Assembly (NCBI GenBank): GCA_010909165.1 | Contig: MU008160.1 | Location: 1,550,001-1,614,000 of the forward strand | Origin: Anthoceros angustus | Lineage: Eukaryota > Plantae > Anthocerotophyta | Reading direction: 5' to 3' | DNA: 64,000 nucleotides | Shown: positions 54,305-64,000 of the stretch, piece by piece | Numbering within the stretch: the first letter of the stretch is position 1 | Layout: the number at the start of each line of letters is the position of its first letter | Notes under the pieces: generated by a model | The model's input: the letters and a program-made list of their open reading frames with translations, nothing else | What the model was told of the DNA's origin: nothing | Database searches by the model: none | Translations under genes and position numbers: made by a program

Positions 54305-57300
54305 CAACTCCCACACTTCCAGCATCACACAAGCCACCTCCTCTTCCTCACTTCCTCACTTCCTCACTTCCACAAATCAAGCTCCCTGGCCTCATGATTC
54401 GCATCACATCACCACCAGAAAACCCCTTCACACTCCTCAGCTCCAATCAGAACAGTCTCAACCACATGACAGATCCCATATACGCAACGCTTCCAACTCC
54501 CAATTGTCCAATTGCTGTCAGCAACACAGTCATAACCGTCGTCGGTTCCTGCCACTGCAGCTCCAATCTGCTTCCTCCGCAATTCCTCAAACTGGACTAA
54601 AGAATCAGTGTCCGTCTGCTGCGGCCCTGGAGCACCATCCGGCTACCAGGGCAAGTCTCCAATTCCCGGGTCCCCAGCTGACGGCCGAAGAAGGTGAGTG
54701 CAGAAAAAAAGTCCTCAACACCTCGGCGAGCTACATTGAAACTGCCGATTCCGTCCAAGTACAAAAGTAGTAGAGGCAAAAGGGGCCTCCTTCTTTTGCT
54801 TTCTTGCTTCCGCATCGGGAATGGGAGGCGACACCCCACCTCGTTATGCTGTCCCGCGCACGACCAGATGCATTTTAAATGCCGACCACGAACCTGTATT
54901 TGGCATGTGACGCCTTCACCATGTAGTCCCGCACTCTCATGTATCACTGAAAAGGTAGTATATTCACTTTTTAATATAAATTATATTCTTGTTTATTGAA
55001 CAGGGAGTCATGAGAACTCATGTGCCATACAACCGTTTGCAAAGAGGCGGGTTTTGGTGACATGAAGTCCAAAACGATCCCATAGAACCAAACTTCTCAA
55101 TTATACACATGATGTCATTTATGGAACGACTAAAGAGAGGTTGTCCAACAAGTATTATCTTTCGGTGTGGTATCCAAGATATAACAAGTCGGTAATACAA
55201 GACCACAAAATGGAGAAGGGAAAACTTTGTGTTGTGTGCCTTCGAAAATGATATACCTAGCATGTGTTTAAAGGGATGGATCGATGACTTTCTTGGTTTT
55301 CCACTTTCTGATATCTTTGCTGTCCTTGCTATCTCTGCATTTTCAACTGTCCAATTTGGGGACTCAAAATTACTTACTCATTGCTAGTTTCTAGAGAATA
55401 TCATTATTTAAATTTTATTTTTTTATAAATTTATATAAGAATTAAATTACACCACATAAGTCGACATGATAGACTGCCTCGCCGGTAAAGAACATCCAAA
55501 ATGTTGGGGAAGAGTTGGTGGGATGGAAGATTAACAGAGAGAACAATCTATTGTAAAAATAGAAACGCACTCAGCATTCAGCGTGTCAGGACACATTAGT
55601 GAGATGCATTATTTTATGTTTCGTTACTTCGTTAGGGAGCATGATACCTTTTCATCTTGAACCGTCATACCTATTCATGGACAAAGACTCTTAATTGTTC
55701 AGCTTTGTTAATCAAGTTGTTACGTTGCAAAACCTCATGATGGTATAAGAGCATGGATGCTGATCATTGCAGTCCTTCCTGTTCACGATGGTCCGTAGGA
55801 GGCACGCTCCACCAACGAGATTGTTGGGGGTGGTAGCTCACCACGACCAGCCAAAAGGATTGCTCTTAACCAGGACTCTTGCAGATTCGTGTGGCAGTAC
55901 AGAGGCACACAAGTCATGATACCGCCTTCAAACCCTACATCTCGTTTCCAACAACACGAAGTCAGAAGTAATCAATCAATTGGAAGAATAGAAGACATTT
56001 TGGAGGAATTAGCAAATGAACAGAGTTGGTTCTTCACTCATCTGGAATTAAGAATCGCTATATCGAGATGAGCATCGAACAAGTTCTTCAAGTGATCACA
56101 TGCCTTGACAGATTATGAGAGGAAATCCAAGTTTTTCATTACCTTGAGCATCCTCCCTTGGATTGATCGCCTACAATATGTGAAACGATGCATTGCGAGT
56201 CTAAATAAATATCTGATGGCTTGCTTGCAAGGGTAGAGGATGTCTTACACCCTTCTCTTGCCCAACAACCACCAACAAGAATTCTCAGCAAGTTGTTAGG
56301 AAGACTCTCCAAGAACACAATTGCCTAAGAACAGCCTCCTCGAATCTGAGCCCAAACCATGGGTACCGCAGTAAATAACTACAACCCTACATCAAAGAAC
56401 GAGATCGATTTAACGGCTCAGACTATGATACTTGGGTTCTCTGTATGTCATCCATCCTGGATGAGGCTGACCTTGTAGGGTTGGTGATTGGCACAGAACC
56501 AGAAGTTGACCCTGAATGCTGCAGGCTCAAATCAAGCGGATGTTGATGCCTGGAAAAAGAAAGACAAAAAGGCAAAGAAGCTTATTCTTGCTGGGCTTGA
56601 GTGACCCATGCTACCAGGTAGATGAGACAGCCATCGCAGAACAGGCTTGGAATCGACTTTCCAACCTCTACCAAGCAGAAGACTTGGGAACTATAGTGGC
56701 AGCAGTCCGCAACATATTTTCCTTGCAAATGAAAGAAACCGACACCATCCAAAGCCATATTTCCTAGTTCAGAACTGCCCGCTCCAAGATGGCAAGTGCA
56801 GGCTGGAAGATTACTGAAGTTGAGGCGACAGCAGTGTTCTTGATGACACTCCCTTCTAGCTATAATGACTTCATCACATCACAAAACCCTAGGATTCGTG
56901 ACGCACGACGCCAACTTAAAGCAGGGACACCGAAATCTAAGCTTAAGAAACAAGTCAAGGGAATGCTCACTGAGGTACTTTCTGCTTTCATTCAAGATAG
57001 CACAACAAGGGGAGGGCCAGCACCTCAAGATCTAACCGTATCATGTTTGTTAGACGTGGTCGAGGTCGAGGGCGTCCTTACCGTCCTCAATATTGTGATA
57101 GGTCACAAAGCCGTCCATCCTAATCTCCCATGATGCCAGGTGAGGCAATCACATGTGTTTATCTAGCAGTGGTTACAATATTTGCAAAGGAGTTAGTTGA
57201 CCTCTGAGGCATACAAGATGCCCTTTTCCTGCAATCATTTTCCCAGTGGCCTGGTATGCCACACCAATTGCAATTACCAGCTTTTCTCCTATTGTTGTAT

Positions 57301-58380
57301 TCAAGTAGTCTACCTCACTCGAAATCCTGTTGATCACCATGGCTGGTACTTGGATTCATGTGCCTCTATGTACATATGCCACACTAAATCGTTCTTTGCT
57401 ACCTTTGAAGCAATATCATTAGATACCTTTGTGCTATTGGGAGATGACTCTGGCGTGAGACTAGCTGGAACAGGCTCAGTTCCTCTAACACTTGTGGACA
57501 CCACACAAGTTACTTTACTCAACGTGTTCCATGTCCCGGTCATGGTGAAAAATCTGATCTCCGGTGCCTTGTTAATGAAGATGCAGATGTTTTCACTTGT
57601 TTTTGATTAACAGTGTCTCTCTGGATAGGAGTTATTTTCCATTAAAAGGGTTTGGGTCCCTAAAGACCAAAAAACGGCCTCCAAAAATGGGCCAAAATGC
57701 ATCATCTTTAGCAAAACCACTCTTTAGACATAAATTGAAAGACACTGACCATGTTAATTTTTCGCGAACACTTACGCTAACAGGGTTTAAGTTGAAGAAG
57801 GTTTGCGGATTTCACCTTCACAAGGAAAGGATTTCAAGGATTTATAACAGGTGCTAGGAATCCTAAACACCTCTTTCGTAGGCGACAGTACTTCCTAGCA
57901 GGGTGAATAGGAGGCAAACCAAACCAAACTGGTCCAGCAAGCTAAACTGCGCCGGAAGTCCGGCGCAACCAAGCAACTCGCAAGCCGAAAAGAAGCAACT
58001 GTGTCGGACGTTCAACACAATTGTGAGAGAATATTAATTGATAGCCCGATCATAGCCATCTCGAGAGGAACAAACTACGACTCTAGAAAGTAGAGCTGGA
58101 CGTCTGGTGCACTATGAGTACACAATCATGGGATCTCCATTGTTAGAGTGAAAAACAGAGGAAGGAATTGGAGCAATGCGCCAGACGTATGGCACATTGG
58201 CGCGAGTCTGTTGAAGCCTGCGCCGGACGCCTTTTCTGGAGACCCCAATCTTGTGGGCGTCCAGCACGGTGAAAGTGGTGGAGTGGATGCGCCGGACGTC
58301 TAACGATATGTATATCTATTATTTCTATCTACATTAGAAGCATCCGCTTAGTAAAGGTGTAGATAGACCAAGTGGCATAA

Positions 58381-58800
58381 GAACTCGAGGGCTAAGCACT
58401 CTTGGGTTGGATCAGTACTGGGATAGGGTGCTGTTTTTGGTGCTTTGAGAAACTCCAAGCTTCAGCACTCTTGGGTCGAATCAGTACTAGGATGGGGTGC
58501 TTGTTTTTTGTGCTTTGAGAACTTAGGATTCAACACTCTTGGATCGGATAAGTGTTAGTACTAAGATAGGGTGCTTGTTTTTGGTGCTTTAAGAACTCCA
58601 GGGTTCAGCACTCTTGGGTAGGATCAGTACTAGGATAGAGTGCTTGTTTTTGGTGCTTTGAGAACTCAGGGTTCAGCACTCTTGGGTCGGATAAGTACGA
58701 GGACGGTTTGCTTCTTTTTGGTGTTTTGAAAACTTTGTAAGAACTCCACTGTTAAGCAGCCTAGGGGCGAATCAGTACCGGGATGGGGTGTTGATTTTTA
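58381..58800. repeat. About 68-bp degenerate tandem array, 5 units plus a partial unit
   Basis: agcactcttggg..atcagtact.ggatagggtgcttgtttttggtgctttgagaact recurs at about 58395, 58464, 58532, 58607 and 58675. Confidence 0.9.
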
Positions 58801-59203
58801 ATGGTTTGAAAAATTTGTAAATCATCCCGGTATCTAGGCGTAAAATCATGAATATTATTTTTGAAAATCATTTGTTGGTTGACGTTATGTTCCCACATTC
58901 GCTTTGCATACAACATGTAAAATCTTTTCGGCCTTACTTTATGTGCCCCTACCGATGACTTGCAACTGGATCTTTTCGATTGGTGTACCAATTGTCCGGC
59001 TCATTCGAGTTTAATGCATGTATAGATGCATGGGCCTTGGTTTCTAGATGAGCTACATTTTCCAAAATTGGACATGTATAATGGTGGTTTCTGATGGCCA
59101 ACCTTTTGAAGATGACAATGTTTCACAATGTTTTGCAGAGAAGCAAGAAAATAAAGAGAATACATGATTTATCCTTGAGTAATGAAAGCTTGTTGGATAC
59201 AGT

Positions 59204-59744
59204 CGAACACAAGTATAAGAGAGCATCTGCCTGGCCACTGCGAGCCCTAGTGAGACCCAGCGAGTATCTGAAGAAAGAGGGCTGATCGTCCTAGCTGGGA
59301 TTTTGACCAAATGGCTGAGTATTTCAGTGAGGCTCTGAAGGAGGACACATCTATGCCGTGATGCCACTAGTAGCGCAGCTAGGTGTTCAGAGACGAACTA
59401 TAGCTGAGCTTCGCCAAGAGATTTTGAATTTAAGATCGACTTGCACCATGTGCCACCCCTAATCTGATCGAACACAAGTATAAGAGAGCATCTGCCTGGC
59501 CACTGCGAGCCCTAGTGAGACCCAGCGAGTATCTGAAGAAAGAGGGCTGATCGTCCTAGCTGGGATTTTGACCAAATGGCTGAGTATTTCAGTGAGGCTC
59601 TGAAGGAGGACCTGTCTATGCCCACTGTGATGCCCACTACAGCTGTAGCGCAGCTAGGTGTTCAGAGACGAACTATAGCTGAGCTTCGCCAAGAGATTTT
59701 GAATTTAAGATCTGACTTGCACCATGTGCCACCCCTAATCTGAT
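59204..59744. repeat. Near-identical about 265-bp direct tandem duplication
   Basis: cgaacacaagtataagagagcatctgcc... starts at 59204 and 59469; the copies differ by small indels. Confidence 0.93.
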
Positions 59745-60215
59745 CAGCAAACTTGAAGCTTAGAAATGGCACTTGAGGCTGGGACATCCTAGCAATGGTC
59801 TCTTCAAACAGATTGTTGGCTCAAATTTATATCAGGAGCCACTTGGGCCTCTCCCAGAACCTCCATTTTGTGAGATTTGTGTTCTCTCCAACCAAAGGCA
59901 AGCTACTTTTCCTGAACACGAGCCAAATCAAAATAATTCAGTTCTAAAGCTAGTTCACTTTTGTGGTCCTATGAGCACCGCTTCCTTTGAAGGGGCTCAC
60001 TATTTTCTAACTCTCACTGATGATCATTTAAGAATATGCTTCACATGTTCCCTTGAACGTAAAAGTCAGAGCTTTAACACTTTTCGGACATGGTTGGCCA
60101 TGGTCGAGACACAGACCTTAGTAAAATTGCAGTGCTTGCACACTGACAATGGTGGGGAATTTACCTCGAATGAGTTTGCTGAATTTTGTGCAGACAAGGG
60201 CATTGTGCGGCAATA

Positions 60216-60577
60216 CCGTACCCCGAGGGGTGGTTCAATAGGATAATGCCGAAATAATTTTTTTGAAAATAACCATTCAACATAAATATTTATATTTTTC
60301 AAAATTTCAACATTTATGAAAAATAATTCTATCAAATTTTAATATTTATTAAACTACATAGGTATATATATAATACTAATGGATATATATAGACCTCCCC
60401 TAAACAGGCTCTAATTTTTCATATCCCTAATTTTTCATATAAACCCTAGTTTCCTTGTTTTTGGCATCTTAAATTCATAAATTTTTATATATTCAACATT
60501 TTAAGTATAATAATTTCTAGATTTTCAAAATTTACTAATTTTAATTAATAATCACCGAATTACCCCTCGGGGTACGG
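60216..60577. mobile_element. Tc1/mariner-superfamily-type MITE (362 bp) inserted in the copia integrase
   Basis: Perfect 16-bp TIRs CCGTACCCCGAGGGGT (60216-60231; reverse complement at 60562-60577). TA TSD at 60214-60215 and 60578-60579. Removing it restores CGG CAA TAC ACT ATT GCT TAT GCA CCC CAA CAA AAC GGT (RQYTIAYAPQQNG). Confidence 0.93.
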
Positions 60578-60611
60578 TACACTATTGCTTATGCACCCCA
60601 ACAAAACGGTG

Positions 60612-60786
60612 TGCCTGAAAGATTAAATCAGACCCTGCAACGAATGCCTGAAAGATTAAATCAGACCCTGCAACGAATGGCTAGAGTCATGCTTAAACAC
60701 TATAAACCTGCAACGAATGGCTAGAGTCATGCTTAAACACTATAAACCTGCAACGAATGGCTAGAGTCATGCTTAAACACTCTAAA
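60612..60786. repeat. Stacked local duplications in the integrase: 33 bp x2 followed by 40 bp x3
   Basis: tgcctgaaagattaaatcagaccctgcaacgaa at 60612 and 60645; cctgcaacgaatggctagagtcatgcttaaacactataaa at 60667, 60707 and 60747. Confidence 0.92.
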
Positions 60787-61698
60787 CTTGAACAACAGTG
60801 TTGGGCCGAGGCCATAGCTTTTGCCACCTACCTGGGGAATCGGCTTTCTTCCCGTTCGATTCAAGGTCAAACTCCTTATGAATTATGGACTTGCTCTAAA
60901 CCCTCTATCTGCTGCATATGCTTGGATACCAAAAGAAAAACGCAAGAAGCTCGACGATAGATCAAAGAAGCTCCTCTTTCTTGGCTATGGAGATGGGATC
61001 AAGGGCTACAATCTCTATGACCCTCTTTCAGGGACAGTGACTTATGCTCGCAGTGTTAAGCTCCTTGAAGACCCCTTCCATTATCCAGGCTATGTAAACC
61101 CCGTATATATCCGCTGGGTGAGGGGGGAGTCCCAAGTCACTCAAGCAACTCCATCCCTACCTACTCCACGCATACAACAAGATTGATTTTTGTACCCAAG
61201 TCTACTCAAGTCCACTCAAATCGATATCAATGTCGAATCGCTGTCGAGTGCCTAGGACCATGCTCTACCTGTTACGACGTTAGTAGATATGTACGTTTTT
61301 GGCACAGACCTGTCCACTTCCTTCTCACAGGCACCAGACATGTTTTTGTCTACCTCTCCACTATTGTCCTTTCCGCGTATGTACAAGCACTCTGGTCCAG
61401 TCTCCAGCACTCAGCTGGGCTCGAATAATTCGCCGAAACGGCAAGCACGGGCATCTCCACAGACGCCAAGCATGACAATTCGCGTACATGGAAACTACAA
61501 TGTGCAGAAATGGCAGCAATCGTGTTGGGCTTCACCTTTGCTTGCTGCCTGCTCAAGACAGAGAACATGGAGAACCTGAGAGGCTCGTCGGTCGATCCTT
61601 GGGCTGTCCATCGACAACCTCCTCACGAGCTCTCCCGGCTGGTGAAGTCAGAGTTATATAACTTCGAAAGCTTGCAAGCTTGCCCATATTGTTAGAGA

Positions 61699-61830
61699 TT
61701 CAAGCCTCCTGGAACCATACTGGAATTCACGACCAGGTTCGTTCATAATCCCCCAGATTATGCAAAATTCAAGCATCTTGGAACCGTACTCGAATTCACG
61801 ACCAGGTTCGTTCATGGTCCTCCATATTAT
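61699..61830. repeat. Diverged 69-bp tandem duplication upstream of the OPT gene
   Basis: ttcaagc...ggaacc.tact.gaattcacgaccaggttcgttcat at 61699 and 61768. Confidence 0.8.
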
Positions 61831-62134
61831 GCCAATCCAAAGAGTCTATACACGTAGCATTGTTAGTAGCTGTTGTCCCTTCTCTCTGCTGGCTGTGTTT
61901 AGCAAGATGGTTGTTCCTCGGCATTGGTACGAGTTTTGAGGCCGCCAGGGATCGAGTACGAGAGAGGCGTTGGATACCGCTGCTCCAAATTTAAACCTTC
62001 CGTCGGTAAAGGAAACTTGCTGTAAAACAGCTTCCTTTCCTGTTCCGGCCTTCCCTGTATAAGGGGAGTACAGGCGATTTGCTTGGTTAGGAAAGGAAGG
62101 GATCTCAAGAAAATTTGGTTTGAATTTGTGAGAG

Positions 62135-64000
62135 ATGGCGAAGGACCAGGATCAGGATGAGGACAGTACTAGTCCAGGCGTGTTGCCGTTCTACTACGAA
62201 CCGCAGGAGGAGCAGCAGCAGCAGCAGGATGCTACGTATACACAGGATGGCTCTGCAAGCAGCCAGCCCCGAGCTGTCCATGAAGAATTGGACCAGTCTC
62301 CCATCGAGCAAGTGGCGGTCACTGTGCCGACAGTCGATGATCCCGGCCTGCCTGTATGGACGTTCCGGATGTGGGTGCTGGGCTTGGCCTCGTGCCTGGT
62401 CCTGTCCTTTGTGAACCAGTTCTTCGGGTACCGGACAGAGCCGCTCATGGTCTCCTCCATCTCTGCGCAGGTGGGTGTTTGGTTTTGGGAAAGGGGCTTT
62501 TTCTCTGGTGAATTTGCCATGCAAAGGAAGGATTTGATGGAGGATGGGCATGGCGTGTGCAGATCGTGACGCTCCCGCTGGGAAAGCTGATGGCGGCGGT
62601 GCTGCCCGCCCGGGTGTTCCAAGTCCCCTTCACCGGGTGGAAGTTCAGCCTGAATCCGGGGCCCTTCAACGTGAAGGAGCACGTGCTTATCACCATCTTC
62701 GCCAACGCCGGGTCCGCCTTCGGAAACGGGAGCGCGTACGGCGTGAGCATCGTGGATATCGTGAAGGCGCTGTACAAGCGCAACATGAGCCTCACGGCGG
62801 CCTTCTTCCTGGTCCTTACCACCCAGGCAAGTCATTTACATGCCCAATTTGAAGGCTCCGTCCTCGAGCTTGTTGCAATCACGATTTGGAGTGAGGTCTC
62901 GCAGGGAAGATCTCACTCTGATATTGTACAATGCACATGCATTGCCTTGTGCAGACCCTGGGCTATGGTTTTGCAGGGCTCTTGAGAACGTACCTTGTGG
63001 AGAATCCGCACATGTGGTGGCCCAGCAGCCTCGTCCAGGTGCAGCTGTTCCGGTCAGTGTCCATCTTCAGCGTCTCCGCTATGCACAATTTTCGAATCCT
63101 GCTCCTTATCGTTTTCTTTTGTTTCCAGGACATTGCACGAACAAGAGAACGGCAAGGGCCTCAGCCGGCTCAAGTTTTTCCTCATCGCATTGGTATGCAG
63201 CTTCGCATACTACAGTCTTCCCGGCTTCATGTTCCAAATGCTCACATCCCTATCCTGGGTGTGCTGGGCATGGCCACATTCTGTCCCAGCGCAACAAATC
63301 GGTAGGTTAAGTTGCTTGGTGATCCAGGATCGTTAGATCGTTAGGGAGGGGTTTTGTAAGTTGGAAGCTTTGGTGGTGTGTAGGTAGGTACTAAAGGTTG
63401 GATGTAAATGTTACGTAGGATCTGGGATGAAAGGCTTGGGGATAGGGGCCATCGGGCTGGACTGGTCTGCCATCTCTTCCTTCTTGGGCAGCCCATTGGT
63501 GACGCCGTGGTATGCCATAGCCAACGTATTTGTGGGGTACTGCCTCACCATCTACGTTGTGCTTCCCATTGCGTACTGGACCAACCTGTTCCAGGCTAAG
63601 ACTTTCCCCATCTACTCGAGCCGGCTCTTTACAAGGGAGGGGCATCCCTACCCCATCACCTCCATTGTGAACAAGCAATTCGAGTTGGACCAAGCTGCGT
63701 ACAACAGAGTTGGACCTGTTAGGATGTCCACATTCTTTGCCATCAACTACGGGTTTAACTTTGCTGCTCTTGCCGCTACTCTGACGCACGTGATTCTCTT
63801 CCACAGCAGGTAAAGAAGCACTCACCTTTGTCAAGAATGTGTTTCAATACTAGACCAGTGCTGATACTGGTGTCATTGAGACTGACAGAGTGCAACATGT
63901 TGCATGACATGTGAATTCCTGCAGGGAAATATGGCAACGCTTCAAGGCTTCCCGACAGATGAAACCCGACGACATCCACACCCGTCTGATGAGAAAGTAC
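62135..64000 (+). CDS. OPT: Oligopeptide transporter (OPT/PT clade, OPT4-like), multi-exon; runs off the window end
   Basis: [27 protein letters not shown]; signature [18 protein letters not shown]; LGYGFAGLL; [12 protein letters not shown]; [22 protein letters not shown]; [13 protein letters not shown] at the window edge. Confidence 0.96.

Larger units (their letters stand above)
57640..59745. mobile_element. About 2.1 kb foreign insert between the copia protease and GAG-pre-integrase regions, with LTR-like motifs (probably minus orientation)
   Basis: GGGTGAATAGG at 57901 (reverse complement CCTATTCACCC, a motif I associate with copia U5 ends); palindrome TGCGCCGGA-AG-TCCGGCGCA at 57948-57967 and half-sites at 58177, 58219 and 58288; tandem arrays. 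Boundaries are approximate and no TSD was found. Confidence 0.5.
56380..61190 (+). mobile_element. Decayed Ty1/copia LTR retrotransposon (gag, protease, GAG-pre-integrase, integrase), cut off before RT and interrupted by two insertions
   Basis: gag RFNGSDYDTW...LILLGLSD; protease WYLDSCASMYIC (about 57344); WHLRLGHPS (about 59767); integrase CEIC...TDNGGEFTSNEFAEFCADKGIVRQY|TIAYAPQQNG..ERLNQTL...WAEAI..ATYL.NR...KKLDDRSKKLLFLGYG..KGYNLYDP. Multiple stops and frameshifts. Confidence 0.9.

Overview
Gene-dense nuclear DNA of a non-seed land plant. Mostly 70-130 bp introns, about one gene per 4.5 kb and plant-type gene families suggest a hornwort (Anthoceros-like) or a lycophyte; the taxon is inferred. 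I spliced the gene models by hand. Protein-coding genes, in order: PI4K-gamma (partial), peroxisomal citrate synthase, a UMP-CMP kinase fused to a CaMKII-type hub (association) domain, a coiled-coil/WD40 protein, a UCP/DIC-type mitochondrial carrier, an ASF/SF2-like SR protein, Derlin-1, an intronless SRP54, a PGRL2-like protein, a GT90, a five-finger Kruppel-type C2H2 protein, a GT47, a GT31 GALT and an OPT transporter (partial). Also present: tRNA-Thr(UGU), a TOM1-family pseudogene without introns, an OPT 3' pseudogene fragment, two tail-to-tail RLE-type non-LTR retroelement remnants, a hAT MITE, and a decayed Ty1/copia element carrying a Tc1/mariner-type MITE and an LTR-like insert. Many short local tandem duplications occur throughout. 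The most striking feature is the 11-exon, 442-aa gene at 9699-12317. It joins an organelle-targeting-like leader, an NMP kinase and a CaMKII hub domain with almost no linker, and a stop codon in the intron before the hub could give a hub-less isoform. No database searches were run, so novelty is unverified.
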